Positions 1 to 9,078 of a stretch of 64,000 nucleotides of DNA are shown here, in pieces. The notes under the pieces were generated by a model. That model saw nothing but the letters and a program-made list of their open reading frames with translations. It made no database searches and was not told the origin of the DNA. Source of the stretch: an uncultured Acidobacterium sp. (lineage in GTDB: Bacteria > Acidobacteriota > Vicinamibacteria > Vicinamibacterales > UBA2999); assembly GCA_964628295.1 (NCBI GenBank), contig CAZVLS010000001.1:10250-74249 (forward strand). Direction: 5' to 3'. The position numbers and the translations under genes are program-made. The stretch's first letter is position 1, and every line of letters starts with the position of its first letter.

Positions 1-94
1 TCACGTCCATCACAAGCCGCTCTATCACGCCATCGGGGACCCGGAGAGTCGCTATCGTCGAGCAGTACCGGCACGCCGGGCGGCTGAGCGGCTG

Positions 95-862
95 ATGCGC
101 CTGGATGCCGCACTCTTGTGCCCTGATCTCGACTGGCTAACGACCCGACCGGAGAAGCTTACACACCTCGAAGCAACACTCGGGCAACCCTCGACGCAGC
201 CCGGCGCGGTTGCGACTGCCAAGGCGCGGACGGACCTCGTCGAGCGATTCCCCGGGACCTTCCCGATTGGCGTGGATTCGTCCGGTGGCCTGACGCTGAT
301 CTACGTCGCGACGGTGCCCTGGACCGATGATTTTCGGATATTCCTTCTGGGGCATGCGGCTCTGCTCTCGGCCAGCCCCGTCTGGACATTGCGCCTGGTA
401 TTCCCTCAGACGCTGCGGCGCGTGGTAGCCGCTTACGAGCAGGCGGTCCGTGAGGAGCTCGCCAGCCCGTTCGTCAGTGAGACCGCCAACGAGTTGAGCT
501 GGTACTTCTTTCACCGCCGCCGGAACACGGACTGGAGCCAGCATCCTAGCGGACCCGAGAGCGCGATCAGACTGCGGTTCAGTCGTTGTGCGAAGACGTT
601 CGTGGGACCGCGCTTTGCCCTCTTATATCGGCATTGGCTGATGGTGGAAGGGATCGCGTTGGCACCGATTCCGTCGGCGATCACTGAGGCCCTCGCATCG
701 GGGCGATCGACCGTGAAATCAGTCGTGCTGCCGCATACCTACGAACATCTGTCACCCCTGGTGAACCGTCGCCGTCCTAGCCGCAGACGACTTATTGCTG
801 ACGCCGACGAGGGGGAACGCGCATTGCGCGGCCTGAACCCGTCTCTTAACCCGGTCCCTTAA
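95..862 (+). CDS. hypothetical protein, possibly longer at the N-terminus
   Basis: 255-aa ORF from ATG 95. The same frame has no stop back to nt 2, so the gene may start upstream of the window. No motif recognised. Confidence 0.45.
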   Translation: MRLDAALLCPDLDWLTTRPEKLTHLEATLGQPSTQPGAVATAKARTDLVERFPGTFPIGVDSSGGLTLIYVATVPWTDDFRIFLLGHAALLSASPVWTLRLVFPQTLRRVVAAYEQAVREELASPFVSETANELSWYFFHRRRNTDWSQHPSGPESAIRLRFSRCAKTFVGPRFALLYRHWLMVEGIALAPIPSAITEALASGRSTVKSVVLPHTYEHLSPLVNRRRPSRRRLIADADEGERALRGLNPSLNPVP

Positions 863-1022
863 CCCCATTCACGGTCACTTCTACTATGCCTGGAGATGGC
901 TCGCGCCTGAGAACCGTCGGCAAGCAACCTCTCGGCGCACAGGGACTTGCGCGCTGGATGACACATCGCATGGGGGCGGCGTTCTCTGCCGCCCCCCGGG
1001 GGTGCGTCGGGATACTCACCGA

Positions 1023-1107
1023 CAGCGAGGAAGGCGTGAACGACCCCGGTCACGTTCCGGCTTCGCCGCTGACGCGTGGTGAAGGGTCGTTCACGCCTTC
1101 CTCGCTG
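1023..1107. repeat. perfect 24-bp inverted repeat with a 37-nt loop
   Basis: cagcgaggaaggcgtgaacgaccc at 1023-1046 is the exact reverse complement of gggtcgttcacgccttcctcgctg at 1084-1107. No T-run follows. Confidence 0.9.
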
Positions 1108-1897
1108 CTGCAGGGCCGACGCAGTACGAGGGCCGCCGGTTCGTGGAGAGAAACTTGGGCCGGTTACGAGATCCAGCCATGTCCCGGTTGCGGGCTCAGA
1201 ACAGGGCCTCGATGTGCGGTGGAAATGAGTCGCGCTATGCGAAGGACCTCGGGCCATCACGTCGAACAGGATGGCGCTGTGCTCGGCGCCGTCAATGCCT
1301 CGGCGCTTCGCGCCGCCCGCGCGGACCAGGAACGGACGCGGCTTCGGGCATTGACCGCGCCTCCGCGCAGCGCGGCCTTGGCACTTACGTGATGGCCCGG
1401 CGAATGGATGACTTTGACGTGGATCTTCAGACAGGCGTATCCTGCGAGCATCTCGTTGGTGTCGGCCACGACACCTCCTCCGCATTGCCCAATGCGGAGC
1501 GCGCGGCGGCGAGCGTCCCATCGACCCTCATCGCGCGCACCAGCTGACAGCTGTCGCCGGACCGATGTTCGACCCAAGTTCCAACATCGCGCTACCGGCA
1601 AATCGTTCCGCAGAACGCGCGTCACATCGACCCGCGTTTCTCCTGCGTAGCAGATCCTGTTCAGTCCGCAACCCAGGTTCCGGATCTTCGCAGGTTCGCT
1701 TTCAAGTTGAGGCTACCGGCGATTGTCCGTAGCCACCATACCGAAGCCACGTCGCTTCGGTGATCGGTGTCGGCTCACGGCCCACATCCGCGCGCGACCA
1801 AATCCAGCGCGTCGGCATCACGCCGGCGCGTTGGGCGCGCAACATCCGGCACAAATATATCGGAATGTTTCGGGCGCTGATGCTCGGGAGGTTGGTC

Positions 1898-2164
1898 ATG
1901 AGAGCTTGGTCAACACGTGGTGACGATGTCGAGAATGCGCGTGCGGGAACTCCGCTCACCGAAGTGCAGGTGGCGCAACGACTTGGACTTTCGGTTGCGA
2001 CCTTGCGTGCCTGGCGCCATCGCGGCACCGGTCCACGCTTCCTCCGCTTCGGGCGCGCGGTGCGGTACTTGCAATCGGATCTCGATGAGTTCATCCGCGC
2101 CAGCGCAGTTGACACACGGTCGGTTTCCTCGTCAGATGAAGAGACCGGGGAGTTACAAGCATGA
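1898..2164 (+). CDS. excisionase/AlpA-type helix-turn-helix DNA-binding protein
   Basis: Sequence LTEVQVAQRLGLSVATLRAWRHRGTGPRFLRFGRAVRYLQSDLDEFI is typical of the excisionase-family HTH. GGGAGG lies 6 nt before ATG 1898. The stop overlaps the int start (ATGA at 2161-2164). Confidence 0.75.
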   Translation: MRAWSTRGDDVENARAGTPLTEVQVAQRLGLSVATLRAWRHRGTGPRFLRFGRAVRYLQSDLDEFIRASAVDTRSVSSSDEETGELQA

Positions 2165-3522
2165 GTCTCTGGAAACGCGGCAATCAGTATTGGGCCGACT
2201 TCATGGTCGGTGGGAAGCGGTATCGCAAGCGCCTGGGCACGGGGAATCTCCAGGCCGCGAAGCGGCGCGAGCGCGAGCTGCTCGAAGCGGCCGGCCACGG
2301 AGCCCTTGCGGTCAGTGAAAAGGGACCCAAGCGGCTGTCGGAAGCAACCGAGGCGTACCTGGCCGCGAAGCGGATGCGATGCTCGCCCAGAACGTTGGAG
2401 TTCGAGCAAGAGCGACTGGTGTTCATCAAGCGCCATTTTGGCGACGTCCCGCTGTCGACGATTACGGCCGCGAAGATCGCCGAGTACCAGCGCACGCGAC
2501 ACGAAGCCGGGCGCGCGAACCGGACCATCAACATGGACGTCGGCGTGCTCTCGCGCCTGCTGAAGTTCTCGGGCCGTTGGCGACCGCTCGCAGACCATGT
2601 CCACAACCTCCCGGAGAACCAAGGCGGTATCGGCCGCGCCTTGACGACGGAGCAACGGCAGCGACTTTTCGAAACGGCGGCAGCGAATCCGGAATGGGAA
2701 CACGTCTGCTGCGCCGCGATCGTTGCGGCGAACACGTCGTTGCGTCCCGTCGAAGTGAAGCACCTACGACGGTGCGACGTGGACCTCATGAAGAAGGTGC
2801 TCTACGTGCGGCGCAGCAAGAATCAGACGAGCCACAGAGTGATCCCGCTCAACGCATCAGCGAGCAACGCGCTTAAGCGAATGGTCGAGCGTGCCGATCT
2901 GCTGGGCCACACCGAAACCGAGCACTATCTGTGGCCGGCTTGCCAGTGGGGCCGCTTTGATCCCACGAAACCGATGCTCAAGTGGGATACCGCGTGGCGG
3001 GCGCTCCGCGAGGCTGCGGGGTTGCCTGGCTTCAGGTTCCACGACCTCCGCCACACGATCATCACCGAGCTTGCGGAGATGGGTGTCGCCGATCACGTGC
3101 TGGAATCGATCACGGGCCACCTGACGCGCCGGATGCTTGAGCACTACTCGCACATTCGGATCGACGCGAAGCGGCAGGCGCTCGACGCCCTCGACGAGCA
3201 GCGGAAGAAGGATGCGCCCGAGCCGGAAAAGACCGAGAATGAACCTGCGATTGAGACGGTCGTAGAGGTCGACGAAGCCCTTACGTCACAGTCACGTCAC
3301 AGTTTGACATTGAGCGGCAATCCGCCTCACGGTAAGCTATTGATTCCGCTCGAACGGAGAGATGTCCGAGTGGTTGAAGGAGCACGCTTGGAAAGCGTGT
3401 GTACGGGAAACCGTACCAAGGGTTCGAATCCCTTTCTCTCCGCCATTCATTTCGGCTTCGCCTTCATTCCTGGCGTCACGAAAGGATTCAGCGGCGCGCC
3501 ATCGCCCTTCGGGCTCGGCTAA
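2161..3522 (+). CDS. tyrosine-type site-specific integrase
   Basis: C-terminal catalytic motifs HDLRHT ... [13 protein letters not shown] (R, HxxR, Y). The ORF has no stop until 3522, so its last ~55 codons run through the tRNA gene. The true C-terminus is uncertain. Confidence 0.85.
   Translation: MSLWKRGNQYWADFMVGGKRYRKRLGTGNLQAAKRRERELLEAAGHGALAVSEKGPKRLSEATEAYLAAKRMRCSPRTLEFEQERLVFIKRHFGDVPLSTITAAKIAEYQRTRHEAGRANRTINMDVGVLSRLLKFSGRWRPLADHVHNLPENQGGIGRALTTEQRQRLFETAAANPEWEHVCCAAIVAANTSLRPVEVKHLRRCDVDLMKKVLYVRRSKNQTSHRVIPLNASASNALKRMVERADLLGHTETEHYLWPACQWGRFDPTKPMLKWDTAWRALREAAGLPGFRFHDLRHTIITELAEMGVADHVLESITGHLTRRMLEHYSHIRIDAKRQALDALDEQRKKDAPEPEKTENEPAIETVVEVDEALTSQSRHSLTLSGNPPHGKLLIPLERRDVRVVEGARLESVCTGNRTKGSNPFLSAIHFGFAFIPGVTKGFSGAPSPFGLG
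3356..3445 (+). tRNA. tRNA-Ser (anticodon GGA), CCA encoded
   Basis: Hand-folded cloverleaf: acceptor GGAGAGA/TCTCTCC, D arm TCC..GGA, anticodon stem CACGC/GCGTG with loop TTGGAAA, long variable arm TGTACGGGAAACCGTACC, T arm AAGGG-TTCGAATC-CCTTT. Confidence 0.9.
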
Positions 3523-3563
3523 CGGCGTCGAATCCCTTTCTCTCCGCCATTCATTTCGGCTTC
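3424..3563 (+). repeat. 36-bp direct repeat (att-like): tRNA 3' end plus 14 nt of flank, two copies
   Basis: tcgaatccctttctctccgccattcatttcggcttc occurs at 3424-3459 and 3528-3563. Similarity continues (ttcattcc.ggc) after a 6-nt indel. Confidence 0.9.
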
Positions 3564-3653
3564 ATTCCGGGCACATAGGTAACACTTTCCGCCAAAACGG
3601 ATTCTCCGTCGGTACTGAGACAGAGGTCGCCCGTTGAATATGATCTGCGGAGC

Positions 3654-4406
3654 GTGTCCATGACCAGGCCGGTACTCGGACTTCTCGCAGGCGGTGTGCT
3701 CGGGTTGATCGACGGAATGTCGGCGTGGTTCTACCCCGAGGCGCGCGCGATGATGGTGCCGATCGTGATCGGATCGACCATCAAGGGCCTGTTCACCGGA
3801 CTCGCCGTCGGACTCGTCGCACGGTGGAAGCAGTCGGCGCCGCTCGGCATGCTGACCGGGGCGGTCGTCGGATTCATCCTGAGCAGCCTGGCCGCCATCG
3901 GCCAGCCAGACCAGTACTGGGTTATCGTCCTCCCTGGCATGTTCGTCGGAATCATTGCGGGAGTCCTGGCGCAACGCGGCCGCAGCGCCGCGACGGCTCT
4001 CTGCTTTGCCGTGATGCTCCCCATCGGGCTCTCCGCTCAGCAAGCGGCCCCGCCGTCACCGCTGAGCGCGGTGCAGCCGTTCGTCGGCAAATGGGCGGGC
4101 ACATCGGAAGGCCAGCCGGGCACGGGCACGCTGACGCGTGAGTATCGGCTGATCCTGCGCGATCGCTTTCTCGAGGAAACCAATCGCAGCGTCTACCCCG
4201 CCCAGGACAAGAATCCCAAGGGCGAGACCCACGAGCACCGCAGCTTCTTCAGCTTCGATCGCGCGCGGAACATTCCGAACGGCTATCGCGCGCGCGAAAC
4301 CTACACCTTCATCAATCCGAACGAGTTCGAGGAAGTGTTCGAGATTGCCGAGCCCGGCAAGGAATTCGAGCTGTACTCGCGAGCCCGCCTGAGACGAGTT
4401 CCGTGA
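3654..4406 (+). CDS. hypothetical membrane protein with a C-terminal soluble (beta-barrel-like) domain
   Basis: The N-terminal ~110 aa form about 4 hydrophobic helices. An internal signal-peptide-like segment (ALCFAVMLPIGLSAQQ) follows, then a hydrophilic domain (FVGKWAGTSEG...). The family assignment is only a resemblance. Confidence 0.5.
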   Translation: MSMTRPVLGLLAGGVLGLIDGMSAWFYPEARAMMVPIVIGSTIKGLFTGLAVGLVARWKQSAPLGMLTGAVVGFILSSLAAIGQPDQYWVIVLPGMFVGIIAGVLAQRGRSAATALCFAVMLPIGLSAQQAAPPSPLSAVQPFVGKWAGTSEGQPGTGTLTREYRLILRDRFLEETNRSVYPAQDKNPKGETHEHRSFFSFDRARNIPNGYRARETYTFINPNEFEEVFEIAEPGKEFELYSRARLRRVP

Positions 4407-4418
4407 TCGCTGGACGAA

Positions 4419-4447
4419 CGCCCTCCCGACGTTGAATCGGGAGGGCG
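4419..4447. terminator. GC-rich hairpin between convergent genes
   Basis: cgccctcccg / cgggagggcg form a 10-bp stem with a 9-nt loop. No clear T-run. Confidence 0.4.
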
Positions 4448-4456
4448 AGCGAGGGC

Positions 4457-5608
4457 TTACTGCTGTGGCTTGCGGTACGTCGCGACGGGCGGCAGGTACG
4501 AACCCGTGCCTGCTGGCGGCGCGGGTGCGGCCTCGACCTTGTGCTTCAACGTGCCGATCTTGTCGATCGTGGCAGTGATCTCGTCGCCGGCGACGAGCCA
4601 CAACTGCGAGCCGCGCACCGATGTCCCCATGCCGACGCCGCCAGAGGTTCCGGCGCCGATGATGTCGCCCGGCTGCAGGGTCACGAGCGACGAGGCGTAC
4701 TCGATCACTTCCCACACCGAGTGGATCATGTCGGAGGAATCGGCGGCCTGCCGCTGATCGGTGCCGACATTGAGCGTCTGCTTCAACACCGCCATGGGAT
4801 CACCGTAAAATTCCTTCGGCACGATGTACGGGCCCATCGGTCCGAACGTGTCCTGCCCCTTCTGGATGAACCAGTCGCTGCCGCTGCTAAATCCGCCTGG
4901 CGGCCGGCCGCCGCGATCGGAGATATCGATCATCACGGTGTAGCCAAACACGTGCTCCTGCGCCTTCGGCGCCGCGACGTAGCGCGCGCGGCGGCCGATG
5001 ACGGTGCCCAACTCCACCTCCCAATCGAGCTCGGTACGGCCGTAGGGCATGACCACGGTTTCACCCGTCCCGATAATGGACGAGGTCGCCTTCAGCCATA
5101 GATACGGGGTGCCGCGATTCGCTTTACGCGCGGCCACCGCCTTCGCGCGCACTTCGGGCGGCGCGTTCTCGGAGATGTGGCTGTAGAAATTCACCGCGGT
5201 CATCATGATCTGCCGCGGCCGCGGAATCGGCGCGAGCGTGGTGACTTCCTTCAGCTCTTTCACGTACGCCGGCCGCTTCCCGTCGAGCGCCTTGCTGGCC
5301 ACGAGCTCATTGACGATCGCGTAGATGCGGCCTTTGAGGCCGTTCTCGTATTCGCCGATCAGGTCGATCATGTCCGACGGCATCGGCCGGGCCGGGAACG
5401 CGCGCGTCTTCTGCAACGCGGCGTTGGCCTGGACGAGATCGATCACCAGCGAATCACGCAGCACGGCGCCGACCGTGGTGACGCCGCCGATGCGGAATGT
5501 TCCAACCTTGAATGGTTCAGCGCTGGTGGCAGCGCTTCCCACCTGCGCATAGGCGGCTATCGGGGACAGTACGAGCAGGGCAAGTAGGGCAACGACACGT
5601 CGCGGCAT
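4457..5608 (-). CDS. fumarylacetoacetate hydrolase (FAH) family protein with signal peptide
   Basis: FAH-fold motifs DWEVELGTVIG, GYTVMIDISDR and LQPGDIIGAGT. N-terminal signal peptide LLALLVLSPIAAYAQ. Confidence 0.85.
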   Translation of the reverse strand: MPRRVVALLALLVLSPIAAYAQVGSAATSAEPFKVGTFRIGGVTTVGAVLRDSLVIDLVQANAALQKTRAFPARPMPSDMIDLIGEYENGLKGRIYAIVNELVASKALDGKRPAYVKELKEVTTLAPIPRPRQIMMTAVNFYSHISENAPPEVRAKAVAARKANRGTPYLWLKATSSIIGTGETVVMPYGRTELDWEVELGTVIGRRARYVAAPKAQEHVFGYTVMIDISDRGGRPPGGFSSGSDWFIQKGQDTFGPMGPYIVPKEFYGDPMAVLKQTLNVGTDQRQAADSSDMIHSVWEVIEYASSLVTLQPGDIIGAGTSGGVGMGTSVRGSQLWLVAGDEITATIDKIGTLKHKVEAAPAPPAGTGSYLPPVATYRKPQQ

Positions 5609-5631
5609 GGCTCCTCCGTTGAGCCGATAAC

Positions 5632-6837
5632 TTACTCCCTTCCGGCGCGAAATGCTGCCGCGACCTTCAGGGCCACATCATAGGTTTTTGCATACGACAT
5701 GTTCGAGATAACCGATATGACGATGTCACTGTCGGGGAAGGTGACCAGTGACGAGACCTGGCCGGCGAGCTGATCACCGTCGTGACCGATGGTCTGGGTG
5801 TCGTGTCCATCGAGCGTCGCCGTCTCCAGGTCCCAGCCGAGCGCGTAACCCGTGTCTTTTCCCGCCGATGTCTTCTGCGGCGTTTGCAGCGTCGCCAGCG
5901 TCTCGGGCTTCAGCAATTTGCGCTTCACGCCTTGCGCGAAGCGCACCATGTCTGACGCGGTCGAGAGAAACACGCTCGCGCCCGAGTAACACGTGTAGTT
6001 CACCTCGCGCATGACGTCGGGACCGTAGCGCGGATCGGCGGCGAACCCTGGGAAATAGAAGGTCGCCTGCTCGGGCAACGGGCCGGTCGTGGAATCGGGC
6101 ACGGTGCTCTCCATTCCGAGCGGCTCGAACACTTTCTTGCGCATGAAGTTCAGAAAGGGTTCCTCGGCAGCCGCTTCGACCGCGGCGCTAACGACGATCC
6201 AGCCGTAGCTCGAATAGCGGTACTCGGTGCCGGGCTCGAACAGCAGGTCGCTCTCCGCAAACTCCTTGAAAGCCTCGACCGGGCGGTCGCAATGCATGCC
6301 GAACAGCGGACCTTCATCGCCGCCGTCGTTGCGCAGGCCGGAGGTGTGCGCCATCAGGTGGCGCAACGTGATGGGCCACTTCTTCTCCGGAAACTCCGGC
6401 ACGCGTTTGTGAATGACCTCGTCGAGACTGAGCTTGCCTTGCTCGAGCAACAGTCCCACCCCCGCGGAGGTGAGCACCTTCGACGCGGTGCCGATGCGCA
6501 GGATCGTCTGCGGCGTCATCGGCGATTTTTTTTCGATGTCTGCGTAGCCGAATCCTTCGGCCCACACGATGTCGCCGGCGGCGCCGACCGCGACCGAGAA
6601 GCCAGGGACGTTCTGTTCGGCGAGCGCGGCTCGAACAATCTGCCGGGCGCGTTCCGCAGAGTCGCTCCATTGCCGTGCGGGGATGGCCCCAGGCGCGGCG
6701 GGCACCGTCTGCGCGTCCGGATGCAGCACGGGCGCCATGGCGCTGGCGTACATGAACAACCCGAGTACGGCGATGGGAATGAAGCCGGCCACCAGGGCTA
6801 CGGCGATGAGGATCTTCTGCGTGCGGCTTTTGGGCAT
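5632..6837 (-). CDS. serine hydrolase / beta-lactamase (class C-like, EstB-type) family protein
   Basis: N-terminal TM helix, then LRIGTASKVLTSAG (SxxK-box region), YRYSSYGW (YxN-box region) and GHDG. Confidence 0.8.
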   Translation of the reverse strand: MPKSRTQKILIAVALVAGFIPIAVLGLFMYASAMAPVLHPDAQTVPAAPGAIPARQWSDSAERARQIVRAALAEQNVPGFSVAVGAAGDIVWAEGFGYADIEKKSPMTPQTILRIGTASKVLTSAGVGLLLEQGKLSLDEVIHKRVPEFPEKKWPITLRHLMAHTSGLRNDGGDEGPLFGMHCDRPVEAFKEFAESDLLFEPGTEYRYSSYGWIVVSAAVEAAAEEPFLNFMRKKVFEPLGMESTVPDSTTGPLPEQATFYFPGFAADPRYGPDVMREVNYTCYSGASVFLSTASDMVRFAQGVKRKLLKPETLATLQTPQKTSAGKDTGYALGWDLETATLDGHDTQTIGHDGDQLAGQVSSLVTFPDSDIVISVISNMSYAKTYDVALKVAAAFRAGRE

Positions 6838-6929
6838 GTCTACGCTTTATTATACAAAGTTCTCTGCGCATTGCAGCCTCGCGAACAACGCGACGATTGC
6901 CGCGCGACGAGACGCCGCGCCGTCCGTGA

Positions 6930-7319
6930 TCACTCGCTCGAGATCGTCAGCTTGAAGCCGGTCGGATCGGTGAGCTCGAACTGCCGCGTCTTCCATGGCG
7001 TGTCGAACGGCTCGACATCCAGCGCGACGCCCGCGGCTTTCACGCGACCCGCGAGTTGATCGATGTCGAGCGGCGTCGCGATGTGGATGCGGCTGCCGAT
7101 GCCCTTCTTGCGATCGCGGCCTTTCTTCCAGTCGTCCTGCATCAGGCCGAGTTCCTGGTCGCCGGCGTGCATCATCACGCCCATCAGCGCGCCGTTGTCT
7201 TCCCACTTCTCGCCAACAACGAAGCCAAGCGCCTCGTAGAACGCGATGCTCTTCGCAATGTCGTCGACCGTGAACCCGGGCGTGATCGCGGCGATTCTCA
7301 AGGATGAGTCAGTAGACAT
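6930..7319 (-). CDS. VOC (glyoxalase/bleomycin-resistance) family protein
   Basis: 129 aa. Has the typical AFYEALGF motif and the paired beta-alpha-beta-beta-beta module layout. Confidence 0.8.
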   Translation of the reverse strand: MSTDSSLRIAAITPGFTVDDIAKSIAFYEALGFVVGEKWEDNGALMGVMMHAGDQELGLMQDDWKKGRDRKKGIGSRIHIATPLDIDQLAGRVKAAGVALDVEPFDTPWKTRQFELTDPTGFKLTISSE

Positions 7320-7404
7320 AGAGGTGTTCCTTGATCCGGATGTATAGCATGACCGTCCGCCCGAGGCGGACGCGGCAGAGAGGTCAAACGGACGCGTCAG
7401 GAGG

Positions 7405-8487
7405 TCAAGAGTCGCGGCGGTCGGACAGCCACGACATCAGCCGGTCGAGCTCCCAGCAATTGACGATGCGGTGTGGAGGAATGCCGGCGAGGCGCGCGTG
7501 CGCGATTGCCGTCTCGGCATATGACAGTTGGCCGGCGCTGTGCGCGTCACTGTCGAGCGCGAAGAGACAGCCTGCCTCCAACGCTTGAGCCGCCAGCGTG
7601 TGGTCGAGGTCCTGTCTCGACGGATCGCCGTCGATCTCAACCGCAACGCCGAGCCTCGCCGCTTCCGCAAACACGTCCGGCCACTTTGCGATCACTCCGG
7701 CCCGCGATCCACTCATGCGACCGCGCGGGTGCGCGAGGATCCGCACGCGCGGATTGCGAACCGCGGCCAGCATCCGTTCGGTTTGATCATGAGCTTTGCG
7801 GAGGGCTGAATGCGGCGCCGCAAGCACCAGCTCGAATTGCTGAGACTCGTCGTCAGAGAGATCGAGCCGGCCCTCGGTCGTGATGTTGGCTTCAATGCCC
7901 TGCAACAGCCGAAAACCGCTGGTGCGCGCGTTGAGCGCCTCGATCGCGCGTCGCTGGTCCGCGGCGTCCTCCATCGACATGCCGCCGGCGATCTTCAACC
8001 CATGCGAATGATCGGTCACTGCCGAGCACACGTAGCCGCGCGACTGGCACGCCTCCACGATCTCCGCCAGAGTCGTCACGCCATCGCTCCACTCGGAGTG
8101 CATCTGGAAGTCACCGCGGTAGTCTTCGAGCTGCGGACCAGCGAGTGACTGATCGGCCAGGACGCGCAGCACCTCGGCACGGCTGAGGAAATGCCGGCGC
8201 AAGGCGCGCCGCTTCTCGATCTCAGCGCGCTTCCCGCTCTCGTCGATCGCGTTCTCAACCGTCGCAGATACACCACTGTCCATGACCTCGCGGATGACAC
8301 GCGCGGATGCGGGACCGATCCCGGAGATCTTTACAAGAGAGCCCGAAACGTCCTTCAGCTGGGTGAGCTGCCGCTCGAGCCGCATGATCGAAGACGAGGC
8401 GCGCTTATAGCCCCACATCTTCTGCTGCGAGGTTTGCACGAATGACAGATCGCGCAGGAAGCCGGCCACCAGGGCATTGACGTCCAC
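7405..8487 (-). CDS. PHP-domain phosphoesterase with N-terminal helix-hairpin-helix (PolX-related, no polymerase core)
   Basis: GTG start. HhH motif ISGIGPASARVI. PHP motifs DFQMHSEWSDG, AVTDHSHG and ALDSDAHS. Confidence 0.75.
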   Translation of the reverse strand: MDVNALVAGFLRDLSFVQTSQQKMWGYKRASSSIMRLERQLTQLKDVSGSLVKISGIGPASARVIREVMDSGVSATVENAIDESGKRAEIEKRRALRRHFLSRAEVLRVLADQSLAGPQLEDYRGDFQMHSEWSDGVTTLAEIVEACQSRGYVCSAVTDHSHGLKIAGGMSMEDAADQRRAIEALNARTSGFRLLQGIEANITTEGRLDLSDDESQQFELVLAAPHSALRKAHDQTERMLAAVRNPRVRILAHPRGRMSGSRAGVIAKWPDVFAEAARLGVAVEIDGDPSRQDLDHTLAAQALEAGCLFALDSDAHSAGQLSYAETAIAHARLAGIPPHRIVNCWELDRLMSWLSDRRDS

Positions 8488-8523
8488 GCCCGGTGTCTAT
8501 GCAACTTCGCCACCAAAACGAAA

Positions 8524-8543
8524 GGCCGGACATATGTCCGGCC
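8524..8543 (-). terminator. rho-independent terminator of the 8612..8962 gene
   Basis: Perfect 20-bp palindrome ggccggacatatgtccggcc, followed on the minus strand by TTTCGTTTTGG. Confidence 0.75.
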
Positions 8544-8544
8544 T

Positions 8545-8609
8545 CCCTGCTAGCCCGCTGGCCCGCTGGCCCGCTAGCCCGCTGGCCCGCTAGCCCGCTA
8601 GCCCGCTGT
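8545..8609. repeat. tandem 8-mer array CCCGCTRG, about 8 units
   Basis: cccgctgg/cccgctag units with period 8, read directly. The array starts 3 nt after the stop codon of the minus-strand gene. Confidence 0.9.
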
Positions 8610-8611
8610 CC

Positions 8612-8962
8612 TTAAGGACAAGTCGCAGAAACCATCTTCACCGCGCTGACCTTCATGTAATGGTCGGCCTTCGGCGGAGTCGGCTTCATCGCTTCAGCTT
8701 CAGCGGCCGGCACGTTCACGCCGGTGATGTCGACCTTGTGGCCGACGTGCGGCGCGAGCGTGGCCTTCGATTCGACGATGGTGATCGTCTTGGGGCCCTT
8801 CTCGGCCGTGTTCTGAATCACACCGGCGGTCGCCGTGGCGCCCTTCTGCACACAGCCCGACATGGTGTGTTCAGCCGGCATCTTCTGCGCCGGTTCCTGC
8901 GCCAACACGGTTGCTGAGAGCGCAAAGGCGCCGGCAGCAGCAATTGTAAATACGCGGTTCAT
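8612..8962 (-). CDS. small secreted hypothetical protein
   Basis: ATG 8962 is preceded by GGAGGG. Signal peptide MNRVFTIAAAGAFALSATVLAQE. Cys residues near both ends. Confidence 0.6.
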   Translation of the reverse strand: MNRVFTIAAAGAFALSATVLAQEPAQKMPAEHTMSGCVQKGATATAGVIQNTAEKGPKTITIVESKATLAPHVGHKVDITGVNVPAAEAEAMKPTPPKADHYMKVSAVKMVSATCP

Positions 8963-9043
8963 AACTACCCTCCAAGAAGTCCAAACACCCACCCCAGCCG
9001 CGATATTCCCGGCGGGATGTGGATTCTACTCCCCGCGCGGCCG

Positions 9044-9072
9044 GCGGGCTATCAGGCTAGCGGGCTGACAGG
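9044..9072. repeat. short 8-mer array (GCGGGCTA family), about 3.5 units
   Basis: gcgggcta tcaggcta gcgggctg acagg, located just downstream of the regulator's stop codon. Confidence 0.7.
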
Positions 9073-9078
9073 ATGAGC

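Larger units (their letters stand above)
1..3563. mobile_element. putative end of an integrative element (hypothetical gene, xis, int) abutting tRNA-Ser, with a duplicated tRNA 3' end
   Basis: xis and int are translationally coupled and lie directly upstream of a tRNA gene. A 36-bp direct repeat of the tRNA 3' end follows downstream. The other boundary is not in the window. Confidence 0.45.

Noticed and set aside
859-1650. Overlapping ORFs on both strands between the first hypothetical gene and xis. Short protein-like stretches (e.g. GIDGAEHSAILFDVMA, ADTNEMLAGYACLKIHVKVIH) hint at a decayed gene.
   Set aside because: The plausible stretches fall in different frames separated by stops, and no family was recognised. 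I cannot distinguish a pseudogene from non-coding GC-rich sequence without a database search.
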